Of a DNA stretch of 64,000 nucleotides, positions 61,262-64,000 are shown piece by piece (position 1 is the stretch's first letter; each line of letters begins with the position of its first letter). The stretch spans positions 7,130,001 through 7,194,000 of the forward strand of contig JBHGNT010000002.1 in NCBI GenBank assembly GCA_043228905.1, in the 5' to 3' direction. The notes below the pieces were generated by a model. That model did no database searches, had not been told where the DNA came from, and was given only the letters and a program-made list of their open reading frames with translations. Source of the stretch: Azolla caroliniana (Eukaryota > Plantae > Polypodiophyta). The position numbers and the translations under genes are program-made.

Positions 61262-64000
61262 TTTTTTTTTTTTCCGGAAAAATATCCTTTCATTAGTTAT
61301 GAACAACATTACAAAAAATTGACCTACCATCAAGCTACCATTGATCTGGTGCATTCTTCCTTAGGTCCCATCCCTCAACACTCCACCACTCCTTAACCAA
61401 GTTATGTGATTGGTGGTGGGAACAACCATACTGGTGGCGCTAAGCACCATTTAGGTCTTGAATTTTGTATTGTGAGAAAAGGGGTCTTCTTCCAATAGAC
61501 AATAAATTCGAGACGTTGCAACACTGCAACATCTGTCTCACCTTTAATATCCTCATACCACCCTTTCAAGGTATGTACCAACTCCATCCAGACATTCCGT
61601 GTACTTTCCACTGGATGAATAGTAGTATTACCAAACACCTTAGAACACCTAGGAGTCCAAATAAACCACATTGTGGTGGTGCATAGTAGCTCCCATACCT
61701 ATTGCATTGTCTTTACCATGTAAGGAGCCTCCATTTGACTTTGTTGCACCGCCATTATCCTTCCTCTTTGAATTCTAATAATCGTGTCATTTGGGCATGC
61801 ATCATATGGCCACACCACTTGTGCCACTGTGGCCCATACTACCATACCCCACGAAAAACTGCAATCCCTAAACATAAAGGCAAGAACTCGGAACACTCGC
61901 CTCCAAACTTGCTGTGCAGCATGACATTCCCACAAGCAATGTTTCAATGTCTCCATCTGACAACAACAATAGATGCATGCGGTCGGTGCAGCTGATTGTT
62001 GCAACCATTGGCCAATTGGCAATGCTCTATGTATTACTAACCATTGGAAGACATTTATTTTCATATCTTGCTTCCTTTTCCATAATGTTCCCCAAAACTT
62101 TGTTAGGAATTCCGATGTGATCCCTTGGTGGTTCCAAAATTGACTAGCTCGTGGTGTAGTCCTACGTTGAGCTGCCAAAATGTGTCGTCCCATCTTAACT
62201 GAATACTGAAAAAAACCATACCTTTTTCCCATACGATCAAACGGATCTTTCCACCAAAATTCTCCCGGATCCCATTGCAACCTTATCAAAGGTTTCTTTT
62301 CAAAAACTCTCAGTTTCCAATGCTCCTTGACCGCCTCAACTTGTGGGTCGATGAGCCACTTAGATCCGTCATAAGCAAGGACCCTTATTTTAGAAAATGT
62401 AGCATATTGCAAGATCTCTGTTTGTATCGTTGCACTACTTTTACTGCCATCTTCCTCCACCTCATAGTCTTGACATCGTCCGCAAGACAAATGTCCCCTT
62501 ACCCCCACTAGCACTTAAAGCCTCGTAAGTGCTCCTTCCCACTTGGGAGGGTTAAAGGACCATATCGTAACATCAGAGTGCCCCAAAACTGACTGCACTT
62601 GGTCCCACATAATCAGCCCCCCTCTCAAGGAAGACAAGAATTCTGATCTGTCATTTATATTCAGAGTATGAAATGATTTCCATCCATCAACGGACGCTCC
62701 TGGCCCTACATCGAGCTTGGCCCAATCCAATCGCGTTCGGGACCCCAACATGTGCCCTGATGGCAAACGCATATTCGGATTCCACACTAAGTTTTGTCTC
62801 AAGTATTCCTCCTCACATGTTGGTACACAATGTTCCAACCCTTTATGTACATGCTCCCATGCTCGTAGAAGACCATTAAAAAATTTGTCTTCCCAATTCC
62901 TAGACATAACATGTTTCTTGTCTGGTATAAAAATCCACCTTATGCTATCAGCCCATAATCCACCCATCGACGGAGCACAACTATACAATCTTTGCATAAG
63001 TAATTGCTTCCAAGGAGCATGTCCTGGTAAAAGGCCACGAATTATTAGTTTTGCTAACAAGGCCATGCATTAGTCTAATGGATCTATAATCCCCAAACCA
63101 CCGTATTGTTTTGGGGTTATCAATGTACTCCAAGCCACCTTCGGTCTTACATGACTCTTATCTTCCCCAGCCCATATAAAATTCCTAACCAGCCTTCGAA
63201 TTTGTCCAATGCACGATTTTGAAAAGATCCAAGATGAGGCTATATACCACACCGTAGATAGTAGCACATGGTTGACAACTATCACTCTACCGGCCAAAGA
63301 TAGTTTAGCATGACTCCACAAGAATAACTTTTTCCTCAAAGTTAATAGTAATGGTGCAGCATGTAATTCTGGAACCAAATCAATCCCAACCTGCACTCCA
63401 AGATATCGAACCGCAACTCCTGTTTGAGTCCATTGGAAAGTATGATGCGGTGCCCAACAAGGCGGCGGCTCCTTGCTTACCCAAAATGCAACAGTTTTCT
63501 CCCAATTTAACTTAGCTCCAGCCGCTATACAAAACTGTGACAAAGCCCCTTGTACTTGTTGCAAATTCGTTAGAGTCCCATCCACATATAATGCAGTGTC
63601 ATCTGCAAATTCCGAGTCCAATATATCTTGTCCATGCATTGGCATTGCCAAACCACGGAAGCCTATAGATTGTGATGATATAAATGCATGCATTGCTTCC
63701 GCAAACAGAAGGAACAAAAATGGTGCAAGTGGACAGCCTTGGCGAACTAATCGAGTAATGTTAAAATGAGGTCCTACTGCACCTGCCAACAACACCTGAC
63801 TGTGTGCATTTCTATAAAGACAAGAAACACCTTTAATCCATGCCGTGTTGAAGCCCAAGTGATGCATAGTACCTTCCAAAAAATTCCAGTCAACCCTATC
63901 ATACGCTTTCTCAAAATCTAAAAGCAACACGGCTAGATTTTGTTTGTTTTTTACCGCTACTGCAATAGCCTCCCAAAATGTAAAAACATTATCCATAATA
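61262..64000 (-). mobile_element. L1-type LINE, 3' part of ORF2 (RT, zf-RVT) with in-frame stops; runs off the right edge
   Basis: LDFEKAYD, RQGCPLAP, FADD, GGLG, CIYC...HCLWEC, WLFPP; poly-A at 61262-61273. Confidence 0.9.

Noticed and set aside
59719-61354. Long Cys/Val/Tyr/Met-rich ORFs (up to 493 aa)
   Set aside because: Translation of TG/TA microsatellite that happens to lack stops; not protein-like.

Overview
Eukaryotic, intron-containing plant DNA (a fern-like seed-free plant is my inference from the TE families) that is mostly retrotransposon. 1-24400 is a nest of LTR elements at least five levels deep: Copia pieces, an old chromovirus, a tRNA-Trp-primed non-autonomous family making 4-bp TSDs, and a near-complete minus-strand Gypsy at 7247-17872 with an extra 3' ORF. 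24400-32000 holds tandem repeats and decayed TEs. The only apparently intact host gene is a 7-exon cysteine-synthase/OASTL-family gene (32136-35880, 328 aa, GC-AG first intron), followed by an orphan LRR-RLK last exon. Next come a full-length L1-type LINE with a 19-bp TSD (39075-45883), a double-retropepsin pseudogene and a truncated LINE. An animal-like Gypsy with a -1 frameshift signal (50120-59171) carries a very young gag-protease non-autonomous element (50889-54831). The window ends with a 1.5-kb TG/TA array and another LINE. Most striking: the Gypsy at 7247-17872 has no polypurine tract. In its place, 2 nt from the 3' LTR, is a sense copy of a tRNA-Arg 3' end, so there are tRNA-matching sites at both internal ends, suggesting tRNA priming of both DNA strands. 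tRNA identities are from memory of plant tRNA sequences; no database searches were run.
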